A stretch of 64,000 bases of DNA from Anaerolineae bacterium (lineage in GTDB: Bacteria > Chloroflexota > Anaerolineae > S140-20). The position numbers were made by a program, and so were the translations under genes. Shown here piece by piece: positions 18,211 through 28,558 of this stretch. The stretch spans positions 76,957 through 140,956 of the forward strand of contig JALUTT010000056.1 of NCBI GenBank assembly GCA_027021705.1. The letters are read 5' to 3'. Below the pieces are notes generated by a model. The model saw nothing but the letters and a program-made list of their open reading frames with translations. It ran no database searches and was not told the origin of the DNA. How positions within the stretch are numbered: position 1 is the stretch's first letter; each line of letters starts with the position of its first letter.

Positions 18211-19222
18211 CCTCTTCGATCACCACTGACTCCTCCTCGAAGAGAAGCCCACAGGTCGGACAGATGACGTCGTCGGGTAGGAGCTCAGCACCGCACTGGG
18301 GGCAGACCAGGACCAGGTCCGCTCCGCAGAGGGCGCAGCGGGTCTCCGCCTCCTGCACCGGGGCACCGCAGAGCGGGCAGAGGGGCTGACCGCAAGCCTC
18401 ACATTCCGGGGATTCCGGAGGGACGGGGACGCTGCAGCGGGGGCAGTGCTGTCCCAAGGCACCGCCACAGCGGGGGCAGGCCGTCTCCTCAGGGAACACC
18501 TGCAGGTAGCAGTGAGGGCAGAGGGGATCACCGCAGCGCGGGCATCGTCCCTGCTGGGGGAAGAAGCTGGTCCCGCAGCCCGGGCAGATGACCCAGGAGA
18601 CAGCGGTACCGTCCACCTCCTGGGTGACCTGGGCGGCCACAGGACGGCGCAGGAGGGGGATCGGTGTTCCGCACTCCGGGCAGCGCTCCGGGCTGCCAAA
18701 GAGGAGGGTTCCACAGGCGGGGCAGTGGCGGACGAAGAGTAGCCCACACTCCGGGCAGGCTTCGGCGGTGGCGAGGAGCTCAAAGTCGCAATCGGGGCAG
18801 GGGAAGGTGAGGGTCAGGCCGCAGTTGAAGCAGCGCCGCTCCTCTTCCCGCACGGCTGCGCCGCAGCCGGGGCAGAGGAGCTGACCGCAGGCCAAACAGT
18901 GCCCATCGCTGAGGGTGACGGCCGAGCCGCAGTGGGGGCAGACCGGCCCTTCCTCCCCCTCTGCCTCTTCCTCTTCGTCGGTACCCACCTCCAGGGGGTG
19001 GCATCGGGGGCAGGCGGGCAGGCCGGCGGGGATAGGCTGCTCGCAGGTGGGGCAGAGGAAGAGCAGGGCGGTGCCGCAGGCGGGGCAGCGGGGTTCCGTC
19101 CGACCTAAGGGGATGCCGCAGTGGGCACAGCGCAGACCCAGACAGTGGGTGCAGATGCTTGCCCGGGCCGAGATCTCTTCGCCGCAGTGAGGGCAGGGAA
19201 CAGTCGAGCGTCGGAAGATCAT
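18191..19222 (-). CDS. Poly-zinc-ribbon protein (24 CxxC motifs)
   Basis: 24 CxxC motifs counted by hand. The start MIFRR forms an ATGA overlap with the upstream stop; 19237 is an alternative start. Confidence 0.85.
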   Translation of the reverse strand: MIFRRSTVPCPHCGEEISARASICTHCLGLRCAHCGIPLGRTEPRCPACGTALLFLCPTCEQPIPAGLPACPRCHPLEVGTDEEEEAEGEEGPVCPHCGSAVTLSDGHCLACGQLLCPGCGAAVREEERRCFNCGLTLTFPCPDCDFELLATAEACPECGLLFVRHCPACGTLLFGSPERCPECGTPIPLLRRPVAAQVTQEVDGTAVSWVICPGCGTSFFPQQGRCPRCGDPLCPHCYLQVFPEETACPRCGGALGQHCPRCSVPVPPESPECEACGQPLCPLCGAPVQEAETRCALCGADLVLVCPQCGAELLPDDVICPTCGLLFEEESVVIEEDDEPGR

Positions 19223-21543
19223 CCCGTCCCTCGCCATCGTTGGAAGACCGTCGGCAGGTAGAGCCGGACCAAGGTAGCGGAAGGGGGCGGACGCCGGTAG
19301 TAGCCCGTCCCCGGTGAGGCGAGCCAGAGGGTGTGAGGGGGGGTGGGCTCCACGGCGATGGCGTTGGCGAAGGGCCACGCCAGCCCCTCGTTGAAGGCGA
19401 TCCACGTCTGTCCGCCGTCGGCGCTGAAGAGGACACCGTGGGAGGCGGGGTCGTATCCGCCGGCGTAGAGGGCACTGCTGGAAGCGATGAGGAGTTGGTC
19501 GGGGTCGGTGGGGAAGGGGACCACATCGCGCAAGAAGTCGTCCGTCCACAGCTTCCTCCAGGTCGCGCCCCCATCCCGGCTGCGGTACAGCCCTTTCCCC
19601 GGTCCGAAGACGGCCACGTAAACCCATCCTGAGCGGACCGGGTCGGGCCGAATGGCGGCCACGCCCTCCCAATCGCTTTCCCAGAAGCCGGTGCCGGGCG
19701 TGCCCACCATAGCCGGCGGACCGATGGGGTCCCACGATCCGGGAGCGCCACCCTGAGAGGACCGCCAGAGGCCCGCTTCACCGCCGGCGTAAACCAGACG
19801 GCCGTCCTGAGGGTCCACGGCGGTGTAACGGCAGCCGTTGCAGTCCAAGACCAAGCTCCAACTCTCTCCATCGTCCCGGCTGCGGTAGACGTCGCCGTCC
19901 ACAGTGATGAAGAGGGTGCGGGTGTCAGAGGGGCTGGTGGGGTCCACGCTCAGGCCGGCGGGGATGCCGTCGGGGAGGCCGTCGTTGGCCGGCCGCCAGG
20001 TTGCGCCATAATCGTCGCTGCGCAGCAGGGTGTGCCTGCTCTCCTCGATCTCGTTCGCCTGGGTGATCCAGACCACGTTGGGGCGGGTAGGGTCGGTGGC
20101 AACGGTCATGCTATTGCCGCCGTAGCCGTTCCAGGTCCCCACGTAGTCAGGGTCGTTGCAGTTCTGCCAACTCGCGCCGCCGTCATCGCTGCGGAAGCAG
20201 CCCAGGTCGGGCATCGCCAGGTAGACGTGGGTGGCGTCGGCGCTGATGGCCAGGCCGAAGGTCACGATGTTGTCCACCCCCCGGGATCTCCACCGGCCCG
20301 GCGCGACCTCGTCGGTGTAGAGGGGAGCGAAGGTGCGCCCGTCGTCCCGGCTGGCCCAGAGGAACTGGCTGTCGGCCCACAGGAGTGCATCGGGGTCCGA
20401 CGGGTCCACCCCCAGGGTCTTGGCATCGCCGTTGAAACTGATGCCGTAGGCGTGGTCCTCGTCCGTCCAGCCCACCTCCCAGTCGCTCTTGTCGCCGATG
20501 AGGTTCCAGTGGACGCCGCCATCGGTGGATTCCCACAGCGCGGGGTAGTCCATAGCGATGAGGCGGATGGCCCGTTGGTCGTCGGCGTCCAGCCAGATCA
20601 GCCAGTTGCCGGCTTCCAGGTTGTCTCCGTTGGTCAGCTGCTCCCACGTCCAGTGGCCGTCGAAGGTGCCTCGGTAGAGGTACCCCCCTTGGGGGTCGTC
20701 GTAAACGCAGGTGTAGCCAGGGTCCCACACGTCGCCGTAGGTGGTCAGGTAAAGGGTATTGGCATCGTTGGGATCCAGGGCAACGTCGGCGATCTGCCCC
20801 AGGTGGGTGGCGATGGGAGTCCAGTGGACGCCGCCATCGGTGCTCTCGTAGAGGGCGGCCGGACCACAGGCGAAGCGGCCCTCCCCGGCCAGCAGGTAGA
20901 GGACCTCTTCGTCTTCCCAGTCCACGATCAGCCGGAGGATGTGCAGGCCGCCGGGCAGGGTATCGTCGCTGACGCGCTCCCAGCTCAGACCCCGGTCGGT
21001 GGTCCTGTAGACCACGCCGTCAGCGATGTTGTGCTGCGAGTGGTAGGCTGCGTAGCCCACCCGAGGGTTGCTGGGAGCGACGGCGATGTCAGTGATATAG
21101 CCGTGATCCAGGACGGGTTCGAAAGTGTCGCCGTAGTCGTCGCTGCGGAAGATGCCCATCTCGGTGCCCAGGTAGAGGATGGCCGGGTCGTCGGGATCGA
21201 AGCCGAGGCCGCTGACATGGGTGGAGGTCAGGCCACGGAAGGAGCCGATGACATCCCAGCTCTTCCCACCGTCGCGGGAGCGGTAGGCCCCGCTCAGGTC
21301 GCTGGCAGCCAGGATGATCCCGGTCGGTCCGGCCCCGATGGTGGAGAAAGCACCGCCCCCGCCGGGGTTGGTCCGCTGCCACCGGGAGGGGGGAAGGGAG
21401 GGGAGGGAGGGCCGGGTCGGCGCGGTGAGAGGAGGGACGGTCAGGGCGATGGTGGGGGAGCCCAGGTTCGGCCTCCCACAGGCAAAGAGGAAGACGAGGA
21501 GGAAGAGCAGAGCTGGACAGGCCCTGGACTTTGGCGACTTCAT
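19219..21543 (-). CDS. Lipoprotein with BNR/Asp-box double beta-propeller (GH74/VPS10-like)
   Basis: Lipobox LFAC, PGGGG, many S.D.G.(S/T)W repeats, C-terminal LYLPTVF. Confidence 0.85.
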   Translation of the reverse strand: MKSPKSRACPALLFLLVFLFACGRPNLGSPTIALTVPPLTAPTRPSLPSLPPSRWQRTNPGGGGAFSTIGAGPTGIILAASDLSGAYRSRDGGKSWDVIGSFRGLTSTHVSGLGFDPDDPAILYLGTEMGIFRSDDYGDTFEPVLDHGYITDIAVAPSNPRVGYAAYHSQHNIADGVVYRTTDRGLSWERVSDDTLPGGLHILRLIVDWEDEEVLYLLAGEGRFACGPAALYESTDGGVHWTPIATHLGQIADVALDPNDANTLYLTTYGDVWDPGYTCVYDDPQGGYLYRGTFDGHWTWEQLTNGDNLEAGNWLIWLDADDQRAIRLIAMDYPALWESTDGGVHWNLIGDKSDWEVGWTDEDHAYGISFNGDAKTLGVDPSDPDALLWADSQFLWASRDDGRTFAPLYTDEVAPGRWRSRGVDNIVTFGLAISADATHVYLAMPDLGCFRSDDGGASWQNCNDPDYVGTWNGYGGNSMTVATDPTRPNVVWITQANEIEESRHTLLRSDDYGATWRPANDGLPDGIPAGLSVDPTSPSDTRTLFITVDGDVYRSRDDGESWSLVLDCNGCRYTAVDPQDGRLVYAGGEAGLWRSSQGGAPGSWDPIGPPAMVGTPGTGFWESDWEGVAAIRPDPVRSGWVYVAVFGPGKGLYRSRDGGATWRKLWTDDFLRDVVPFPTDPDQLLIASSSALYAGGYDPASHGVLFSADGGQTWIAFNEGLAWPFANAIAVEPTPPHTLWLASPGTGYYRRPPPSATLVRLYLPTVFQRWRGTG

Positions 21544-21598
21544 CGGCTACAATCCCGGTGTTGTTGAGCAGTCACCACATCGGCAGGAGGTTCATCCG

Positions 21599-22570
21599 AT
21601 GAAACAAGTATACCACGACCGTTCGGGTTCGGACAAGGCCCCCTCCCCCAACGATCCCTCCGTGGCGGTTTTCGGCAACGTGACCCTCGACGTCATCTGC
21701 TTCCCGGTCAACGATGTCCCTCGCTACGAGTCCATCGCCTTCGAGCGGGCCGTCATTTCACCGGGCGGCTGTGCCTCCAACACCGCCATCGGCCTGGCAG
21801 CGCTGGGCGTCCCGACGCTGCTGGTGGCCCGCGTCGGCGATGACGAGGCCGGAGAGATGGCCCAGCGCTACTGGCAACGGGCCGGGGTCGAGACCCGCTT
21901 CGTCCGCCGCGTCGCCGATGTGGGGACGGCGGTCAGCGTGGGGCTGGTGGACAGGGAGTTCCAGCCCCGCTTCGTACACACGCCGGGGGCCAACGCAGGT
22001 CTCACGGTGGACGACCTGGACCTGCCCACCCTCGCGGAGGCCGGCGTCCGCTGGCTCCACGTGGCTGGCTACTTTGTGCTGCCGGGGCTGCTGGATGGGC
22101 GGCTGGCCGACGCCTTGGCCCAGGCCCATTCCCTGGGGATGCGCACCTCCCTAGACGTGGTGCGGAACATACGCATGGACGACCCCCAGGCGCGGGCTGT
22201 CTTCTGGTCTTGCCTGCCCCACTTGGATGTCTGGATGGGTAACGCCCACGAAGCCCAACGCCTGACGGGGACGGAGGACCCGGTGGCGGCGGCCCAGGCC
22301 CTGCGGGCCGGCGGGGTGCGCCTCGTCCTTGTCAAGCTAGGGGCAGCGGGCTGCCGCGCCGAGGGTGAGGGCTTCCAAGGTGTCGTCCCGGCACCTCGGG
22401 TGGATGTCGTGGACACCACCGGGGCGGGCGACGCCTTCGCCGCCGGCTTCATCGCCGCGACGCTGCGCGGCGCCGATGTGGAGGCGGCCTGCCGGGCGGG
22501 CAACGAGGCCGGTGCCCGGGTGGTGGGCCGACTGGGGCCGGTAGCCGCCTGGTTCGACGGCATGGCGTGA
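21599..22570 (+). CDS. PfkB-family carbohydrate kinase
   Basis: PGGCASNTAIGLAALG, VGDD, NAHEA, VKLGAAG, VDTTGAGDAFAAG; AGGAGG RBS. Confidence 0.92.
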   Translation: MKQVYHDRSGSDKAPSPNDPSVAVFGNVTLDVICFPVNDVPRYESIAFERAVISPGGCASNTAIGLAALGVPTLLVARVGDDEAGEMAQRYWQRAGVETRFVRRVADVGTAVSVGLVDREFQPRFVHTPGANAGLTVDDLDLPTLAEAGVRWLHVAGYFVLPGLLDGRLADALAQAHSLGMRTSLDVVRNIRMDDPQARAVFWSCLPHLDVWMGNAHEAQRLTGTEDPVAAAQALRAGGVRLVLVKLGAAGCRAEGEGFQGVVPAPRVDVVDTTGAGDAFAAGFIAATLRGADVEAACRAGNEAGARVVGRLGPVAAWFDGMA

Positions 22571-22733
22571 TGGGTTCCCCTTGAGCACCGAAAAGCTCCA
22601 ACCCTCAGAGGGTCATTGCGCAAATTCGCTTTTGGTGGTAGGATAGGGGAAGGAATTCGGAGCTTCAACTCCAAATTTGTTCGAGGTTCGTTGGCCGGTT
22701 CTCTCCCGTTTCTTAGCAGGAAGGAGAAGGCAA

Positions 22734-25700
22734 ATGCAGCGAGACCGATCGGTAAAACGTTCTGCCGGACCTCGTGCTCCTCTTAGGCAGCCTCTGTACG
22801 GAGGTCTGGCCCTCTTGATGTTGATCCTGGGAGTGGTGGGTCTGACGAGCGCCGCCAGCAAACCGAGCTTCCTCACCGAGAGCACTTCCAACGTCTCGGC
22901 CGGCACCAAGACCTACCGCATCTGGTACACCACCGACTGCAACGGCGGTGCCGACTGCGAATGCGACACCGCCCTGGACACGGATACCAGCGACCCACCT
23001 GACGGTACTCCCGACCAGGACTCCCCCAACGATTGCATCGCCACCGTGGACAGCGATTCGGACGGTGTCTTCGACACCGGCCCCGACGATGACAGCGACG
23101 GTGTGCTGAACGTGGTGGACCTGGACTGGTTCGGGGGCGGGACCGGTGTCGTGGAGAGCGTGCCCCGCAACGTGCAGCGCACCATCGCCCGGTACGTCAA
23201 CGACTGGGGCCTCAAAGAGCCCAAGTGGGACCGGGATACGAACCGCAACATCTACATCTACGACATCGCAGCCCTAGGCATCTCCTATGGCGATGGGAGT
23301 GGAGAGGAACTGGACACCGAGTGGATGCTGACCCAGGCACCCGAGCCCCGGGGCACCGTGCTGCACGAGCTCTGGCACAACACCCAGTTCGCCTACGGCG
23401 TCAGTGCCGGAAAGTGGTTGGTGGAGGGCCAGGCCCGGATGCTCCAGGACAAGGTCTTCGACGACCTGGACAACCGGGTGGGCAGTCGCTACCACAACTC
23501 GGTGGCGGCCTACCTGGGCAACCCCACCTACGTCATCAGGGAAGACCGGGATGACGACGGCACGGGAGAGTTCGCCCAGGCCAAGGGGCTGCTGGGGGCC
23601 AGCTACAACGCCTCCCTCTGGTGGACTTACGTCGCCGAGCAAGCGGGCACCCTGTACACCGGCACGGCCGGTGAGGGGATGGACGCCCTGGAGGCGGTGT
23701 TGAAGCAAGCCGACGACCACGGTCGCCAAGGGGTGGATGCCGTGGACCGGGTGCTGCGCGACCGCCTGGGCCGGGGCTTCGACGACACCTTCTGGGACTT
23801 CACCATCGCCAACTACGCCAAGGAGTTCGACCTGAGCCTGCTGGACCACAGCTACCTGGACGGTCGGGACCCGGAGCGAGTGCTCACCTACCGGGATGAG
23901 AAGCGCACCCCTCCTGACCAACTGATCTACCGCTACAACGACCCCACCTTGGGGTGGGTCAACGGTCCGAAGCGGCAGCGCTTCACCGGTACCACGCTCT
24001 TCAGCGGGGCCAACGGCCGCGTAGACGCGATGGACCCGGAGGTCAACGACCCCGATGCGATGTCGGCCTACGGGGCCAAGTACTACGAGGCCGAGGTCAA
24101 CGCCGATTGCCTCCTCATCTACTGGCGGGTCCTCGGCGATCCGGGAGCCCGTTTCATGCACTCCTGGATGATGATCCAAGAGGATTCCAACGGTGACGGC
24201 TCTGAGGAGATCATCACGCTGTTGCGCAGCGAGGGGGAGGACTTCGCCCGGGCGGCTTGGATTCCCCGCCGGAGCACCGGCCTGCCCCAGTACACCCGGA
24301 TGGTGGCCATCGTCGCCACCGGCAGCCGGGCTTACGGCTACAACTGGGAACTGGGCTGTACCCAGCCCAGCGTTAACATCGTCTCGCCGACGACGGCCAA
24401 TCCGGCCTACGTGGGGGACCCCGGCGAACCCGGGCGCTTCCTGCTCTGGCTGGAGGTGACGGGGGCGGCGGGCACCAGCACCTACGTGGCCGGGCTGGAG
24501 TGGAGCCGCGACTTCACCGTCACCGTGGGGACCGATGTCGCCCAGATCCTCAACGGGGGCTACGTGCAGAACCAGTACTGGCTGGTGGTCCAGGCCCCCA
24601 CCAAGCCCGGTGCCAGCCTCGGCGACAAGTTCGATGTCACCGTGCAACTGGGACCCAGCACCAGCACCTCCGACACGGAGGTCCAGGCCGTCGTCTACGA
24701 CCTGCGGACCAGCGATCAGGTCCTGGTGGTGGACGCCAGCGGCAGCATGGGGTACAACGACAAGCTGGTCTCCGCCAAAGCCGCGGCCCGCCTCTTCGCC
24801 GACGTCAAGCAGCAGTTCGACCAATTGGGTGTGGTCAGCTTCAGCACGGATGCCACCCAGGAGTTCCCCCTGACGGTGGTGCCGGACCAAGATGATGCGG
24901 CCGGTGTGCGGGCCAGCGCCCAGACGGCCATTAACGGGATCACGGAGAAGACCACCACCTCCATCGGCGACGGCCTGCAGATGGGCCAGAGCATGTTGGC
25001 TGCCAGCGGCAGCCCCGATCACCAGTGGGTGATGGTGCTGCTCAGCGACGGGATGGAGAACGAGCCCCTCTACTGGAGCAACGTCCGAGCCAGCATCGTC
25101 GCCTCCGGGACGAAGGTACACGCCATCGCTTTAGGGCGGGACGCCGACGAGGAGCTGATGCGGGAGATCGCCGAGGCCACCTGCGGCTCCGTCTGGGTGG
25201 ACCAGTGCTACCACTACATCGAGGAAAGCGGGGTCCTGACGACGACGGGGATGAGCACCGCTGCCGTCAGCAACCTGCCCAACGCCCTGGCCGACATCTA
25301 CCGGCGGGCCGAGGAGACCATCGCCGGTCACCAACGGCTCTGGCAGGGGGGTGGCACACTCAGCGGCAGCCAGTCCATCCCCGTGACCATCGCCGAGGAT
25401 GGCGTGCGGAACGCCTTCTTCAGCTTCCACTGGAACGATTCGACGGCCCCCTTGAACGTGAGCATCACCGGCCCCGGGGGGGTCTCCTTCATCCAGCTTA
25501 GCGATGGCAAGAACCACCAGGTCTTCTACGCCGATAAATTGCCGCCGGGCACCTACACCCTTCACCTCTCCGCGCCCGGCGGGGCCACCACCTGGATCGG
25601 CAGCCTCTCCGGTCGGATGGTCTACGGCACCGAGATGTACGCCTTCCTGGACAACACCCAGGCCGAGCGCTACCCCGGCCTCCCGGTGCGCCTGCAGGCC

Positions 25701-27365
25701 AGCCTGACCGACCACAAAGGGCCGGTGACCGGGGCGGTCATCAGCGCCACCGTCTACCACCCCGACCTGGGCGTTGAGGTAGTCCGGCTGGTGGACGACG
25801 GCGGCCCCTATGACGATGTGGCCAACGACGGCGTCTACGGCTACGTCTACGACCGGATCAACCGGCCCCTCAAGATAGACGTTCAGTTGGGCCACACTTG
25901 GGTCTTCGACCTCTACGCCACCGGGGTCAACAACGATGGCAAGCCCTTCGAGCGCTACCAGCGGCTGACCTACACCCCCTTCCTGGGCCGGGAGCAGGTC
26001 TCGCTGGACACCGATGGCGACGGGATGTTGGACCGATGGGAGGACCGCTTCGAGGGCCCCTCGACCGGTGTGGCCGACGACGGTGAAGACCCGGATGGGG
26101 ATGGCCTGACCAACAAGGAGGAGTTTGAGCGAGGGACCAATCCCGACGACCCCGACACCGACAAGGGGGGAGAGACCGACGGGAGCGAGGTCGCCCGAGG
26201 GCAGAACCCCCTCTTCACCGCCGACGACGCCATCCCGCCCATCACCGACTTCTGGGTGGAGAACCAGCCCGAGAGCGTGATCCTGCACTTCAACCCCCGG
26301 CCCGAGTACCAGAAGATGCGGATCTACCGGCGCACGGGTCTGACGGGGACCTTCACCCTGATCACCGAGGTCGTCCTGCCCTCGATGACGACCTCCCTGG
26401 CCTCCGCGCCGTTGGTGCCCAGCCGTAGCGTGTCCGGCTTCGACCCCTCCAAAGGGCAAGTCCGCGACACCGGGCTGGTCAACGATCAGGACTACTTCTA
26501 CTACCTCCAGCCGGTGGGGGCCTCCAGCGTGGTGGGAGCCCCCAGCGAGGTGCGCTACGCCGAACCGGCCAAGGACCCCTATCAGCCGGAGGGGGTGGTG
26601 GTCATCAACGACGACGATCCCTTCACCACCAGCAAGAACGTGACCCTCACCTTCCAGGGGCTGACGCCGCCCGACGGGAGCCTCGACATCCGCGCCGTGC
26701 AGATCAGCAACTCTCCAGAGCTGACGGGTGTCGCCTGGCAGCCCTTCCAGCCGGAGATCCCCTGGACCCTCGATCCCGATCCGACGACGGGAGTAGCTTT
26801 CGTCCACGTCCGCTTCCGCGACGGCGCGGGCAACGAGAGCGATGTGATCTACGGCGATGGGATCGTCTACCGGCCTCCCCTCATCCTGCCGCCCGGCCTG
26901 CTGGACTTCGGCTGGGTCATCGCCGACTTCCAGGACCCTTGGTTCAAGGACCTAACCATCCTCTACACCCCTCTGCGCTGGCCTGACCTGGGCCTGGGCA
27001 GCTCGGCTCTGCGTGCCTCGGCGGTGGATCAGGCGGGGAAGCCCCTCTTCTACGCCGGCATCGGCTTTGAGCTCCAGGCGATGGACGCCCTGAGCCAGCC
27101 GGTTACCCAGTTCGATCGCCCCTTCACCCTGACGGTCAGCTACGAAGATTGGCAATGGCAGAGCGCCGGGATCGGCTCCGAAGACTCGCTGAACCTCTAC
27201 TGGAACAGCAGAGGGACCTGGGAGCCGGTGCTGCCTTGCACCGGCTGCAGCCACGACCCGACGGAGAACGTCTTCATCATCCCGCTGACCCACCTAACCC
27301 GGTTCGCCCTGTTGGGGAGGCCGGCCTCCCCCGTCTACCTGCCTATCGTCTTCAAGGGGTTCTGA
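22734..27365 (+). CDS. Large secreted zincin-VWA multidomain protein
   Basis: Signal or TM segment, Ca-binding DxDxDG repeats, HELWH...EG, MIDAS DASGS/TSIGDG/LLSDG, LVDDG..DDVANDGVY, FN3-like region, C-terminal VYLPIVFK. Confidence 0.85.
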   Translation: MQRDRSVKRSAGPRAPLRQPLYGGLALLMLILGVVGLTSAASKPSFLTESTSNVSAGTKTYRIWYTTDCNGGADCECDTALDTDTSDPPDGTPDQDSPNDCIATVDSDSDGVFDTGPDDDSDGVLNVVDLDWFGGGTGVVESVPRNVQRTIARYVNDWGLKEPKWDRDTNRNIYIYDIAALGISYGDGSGEELDTEWMLTQAPEPRGTVLHELWHNTQFAYGVSAGKWLVEGQARMLQDKVFDDLDNRVGSRYHNSVAAYLGNPTYVIREDRDDDGTGEFAQAKGLLGASYNASLWWTYVAEQAGTLYTGTAGEGMDALEAVLKQADDHGRQGVDAVDRVLRDRLGRGFDDTFWDFTIANYAKEFDLSLLDHSYLDGRDPERVLTYRDEKRTPPDQLIYRYNDPTLGWVNGPKRQRFTGTTLFSGANGRVDAMDPEVNDPDAMSAYGAKYYEAEVNADCLLIYWRVLGDPGARFMHSWMMIQEDSNGDGSEEIITLLRSEGEDFARAAWIPRRSTGLPQYTRMVAIVATGSRAYGYNWELGCTQPSVNIVSPTTANPAYVGDPGEPGRFLLWLEVTGAAGTSTYVAGLEWSRDFTVTVGTDVAQILNGGYVQNQYWLVVQAPTKPGASLGDKFDVTVQLGPSTSTSDTEVQAVVYDLRTSDQVLVVDASGSMGYNDKLVSAKAAARLFADVKQQFDQLGVVSFSTDATQEFPLTVVPDQDDAAGVRASAQTAINGITEKTTTSIGDGLQMGQSMLAASGSPDHQWVMVLLSDGMENEPLYWSNVRASIVASGTKVHAIALGRDADEELMREIAEATCGSVWVDQCYHYIEESGVLTTTGMSTAAVSNLPNALADIYRRAEETIAGHQRLWQGGGTLSGSQSIPVTIAEDGVRNAFFSFHWNDSTAPLNVSITGPGGVSFIQLSDGKNHQVFYADKLPPGTYTLHLSAPGGATTWIGSLSGRMVYGTEMYAFLDNTQAERYPGLPVRLQASLTDHKGPVTGAVISATVYHPDLGVEVVRLVDDGGPYDDVANDGVYGYVYDRINRPLKIDVQLGHTWVFDLYATGVNNDGKPFERYQRLTYTPFLGREQVSLDTDGDGMLDRWEDRFEGPSTGVADDGEDPDGDGLTNKEEFERGTNPDDPDTDKGGETDGSEVARGQNPLFTADDAIPPITDFWVENQPESVILHFNPRPEYQKMRIYRRTGLTGTFTLITEVVLPSMTTSLASAPLVPSRSVSGFDPSKGQVRDTGLVNDQDYFYYLQPVGASSVVGAPSEVRYAEPAKDPYQPEGVVVINDDDPFTTSKNVTLTFQGLTPPDGSLDIRAVQISNSPELTGVAWQPFQPEIPWTLDPDPTTGVAFVHVRFRDGAGNESDVIYGDGIVYRPPLILPPGLLDFGWVIADFQDPWFKDLTILYTPLRWPDLGLGSSALRASAVDQAGKPLFYAGIGFELQAMDALSQPVTQFDRPFTLTVSYEDWQWQSAGIGSEDSLNLYWNSRGTWEPVLPCTGCSHDPTENVFIIPLTHLTRFALLGRPASPVYLPIVFKGF

Positions 27366-27525
27366 GGGCGGTGGCGATCAGCCGTGGGAGCCGGGTCCGG
27401 TCTGGTGCCGGATCCGGCTTCGCTTCTACGGGGCTACCCAAGGCTTCGATCGAGGGTATAATAGAGGGAGCAGGGGGAGGTCCGGTGGCAAAACGACCGT
27501 GCGAGTTCGAGCTTAGGGAGGAACG

Positions 27526-28299
27526 ATGAGCATCCACGTACCCGACCGGCACAACGAGAAGCTGCATCGTCTCGTGGAGCGGATCAACGCCGATGCCGAG
27601 TTGATCCAGCTCTGGAAGTGTGCCAACGTCAACGCCGTGGACCGGACCGGCATCAGCGACCACGGTGAGGTCCACATCCGCATCGTCGCCAACGCGGCGC
27701 TGCGCATCCTGCGCCTGCTGGTGGAGGCCGGCGTCGAACCCAGCGTCGTCACCCACCACGGGCTGACGCCGGAGGATGCCGAGTTGGTCGTCGTGCTGGC
27801 CGCCTGTCTGCACGACCTGGGCATCGCCGTGCACCGGGACGACCACGAATGGTACAGCCTGATCCTGGGCTATCCCAAGGCCCGACAGCTTCTGAGCGGC
27901 ATCTACGAGGAGCCGGCGCTGACCATTATGGTCTCCGAGGTGCTCCACGCCGTCATCGCCCACCGCTGGGACGTGCGTTGCCTGACCATCGAGGCGGGCG
28001 TGCTGAAGGTGGCCGACGCTCTGGACATGACCGAGGGCCGTTCTCGCATCCCCTTCGAGGCAGGCCAGGTCAACATCCACTCCGTCTCCGCCCTGGCCGT
28101 CGAGAACGTGGCCATCGAGCGGGGGGAGGAGCGGCCGGTGCGCATCGCCATCCGGCTGGGAAATTCGGCCGGCATCTTCCAAGTGGACGAACTGCTCAAG
28201 CGCAAGCTCCAGAACTCCACCTTAACGCCTTACGTCGAGGTCGTCGCCCATCTGGAAGGGGAGATGGAGAAGCGGCTGGTGGGCATCTACCGGCTCTGA
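27526..28299 (+). CDS. HD-domain metal-dependent phosphohydrolase
   Basis: SDHGEVH, LHDLG, IAH, VADALD, GRSRIPFE, NIHSVSA. Confidence 0.9.
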   Translation: MSIHVPDRHNEKLHRLVERINADAELIQLWKCANVNAVDRTGISDHGEVHIRIVANAALRILRLLVEAGVEPSVVTHHGLTPEDAELVVVLAACLHDLGIAVHRDDHEWYSLILGYPKARQLLSGIYEEPALTIMVSEVLHAVIAHRWDVRCLTIEAGVLKVADALDMTEGRSRIPFEAGQVNIHSVSALAVENVAIERGEERPVRIAIRLGNSAGIFQVDELLKRKLQNSTLTPYVEVVAHLEGEMEKRLVGIYRL

Positions 28300-28315
28300 G
28301 GGCCGGAAATTCCCC

Positions 28316-28468
28316 GGTGATTGCCCATATCTTTGGAGATAGGGAGACCGGCCGTCCACGAATGGGGCACGAATACACGAATTAAGGACCCCCTCATTCG
28401 TGCATTGGTGAGAAATTCGCGGACGGCCTGCTACGGACCACGCTCTCGCTCCCTTGTGGGTAATCACC
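28316..28468. mobile_element. MITE family A, full copy (153 bp), opposite orientation to the 7506 copy
   Basis: GGTGATTGCCCA...TGGGTAATCACC; flanking direct repeat GAAATTCCC (28306-28314, 28471-28479). Confidence 0.92.
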
Positions 28469-28481
28469 GCGAAATTCCCTC

Positions 28482-28510
28482 TTGACAGAATTTCTCAAAG
28501 TGGTCATAAT
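28482..28510 (+). promoter_or_regulatory. Predicted sigma70 promoter of the acyl-CoA ligase gene
   Basis: TTGACA-17 bp-CATAAT. Confidence 0.8.
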
Positions 28511-28558
28511 GGACTTACCTGCCCAGTTCTTACCCCCTGCATCCAAAGGAGGTTCCCA

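Noticed and set aside
18191..19222. Multiheme cytochrome c
   Set aside because: Only one CxxCH among 24 CxxC motifs and no export signal; the spacing fits zinc ribbons.
28196..28467. Recurring small ORFs such as MYSCP.RGRP.SLSPKIW or MRRS.IRVFV (also near 7577, 16127, 30072)
   Set aside because: These are translations of the MITE A sequence, not a gene family.
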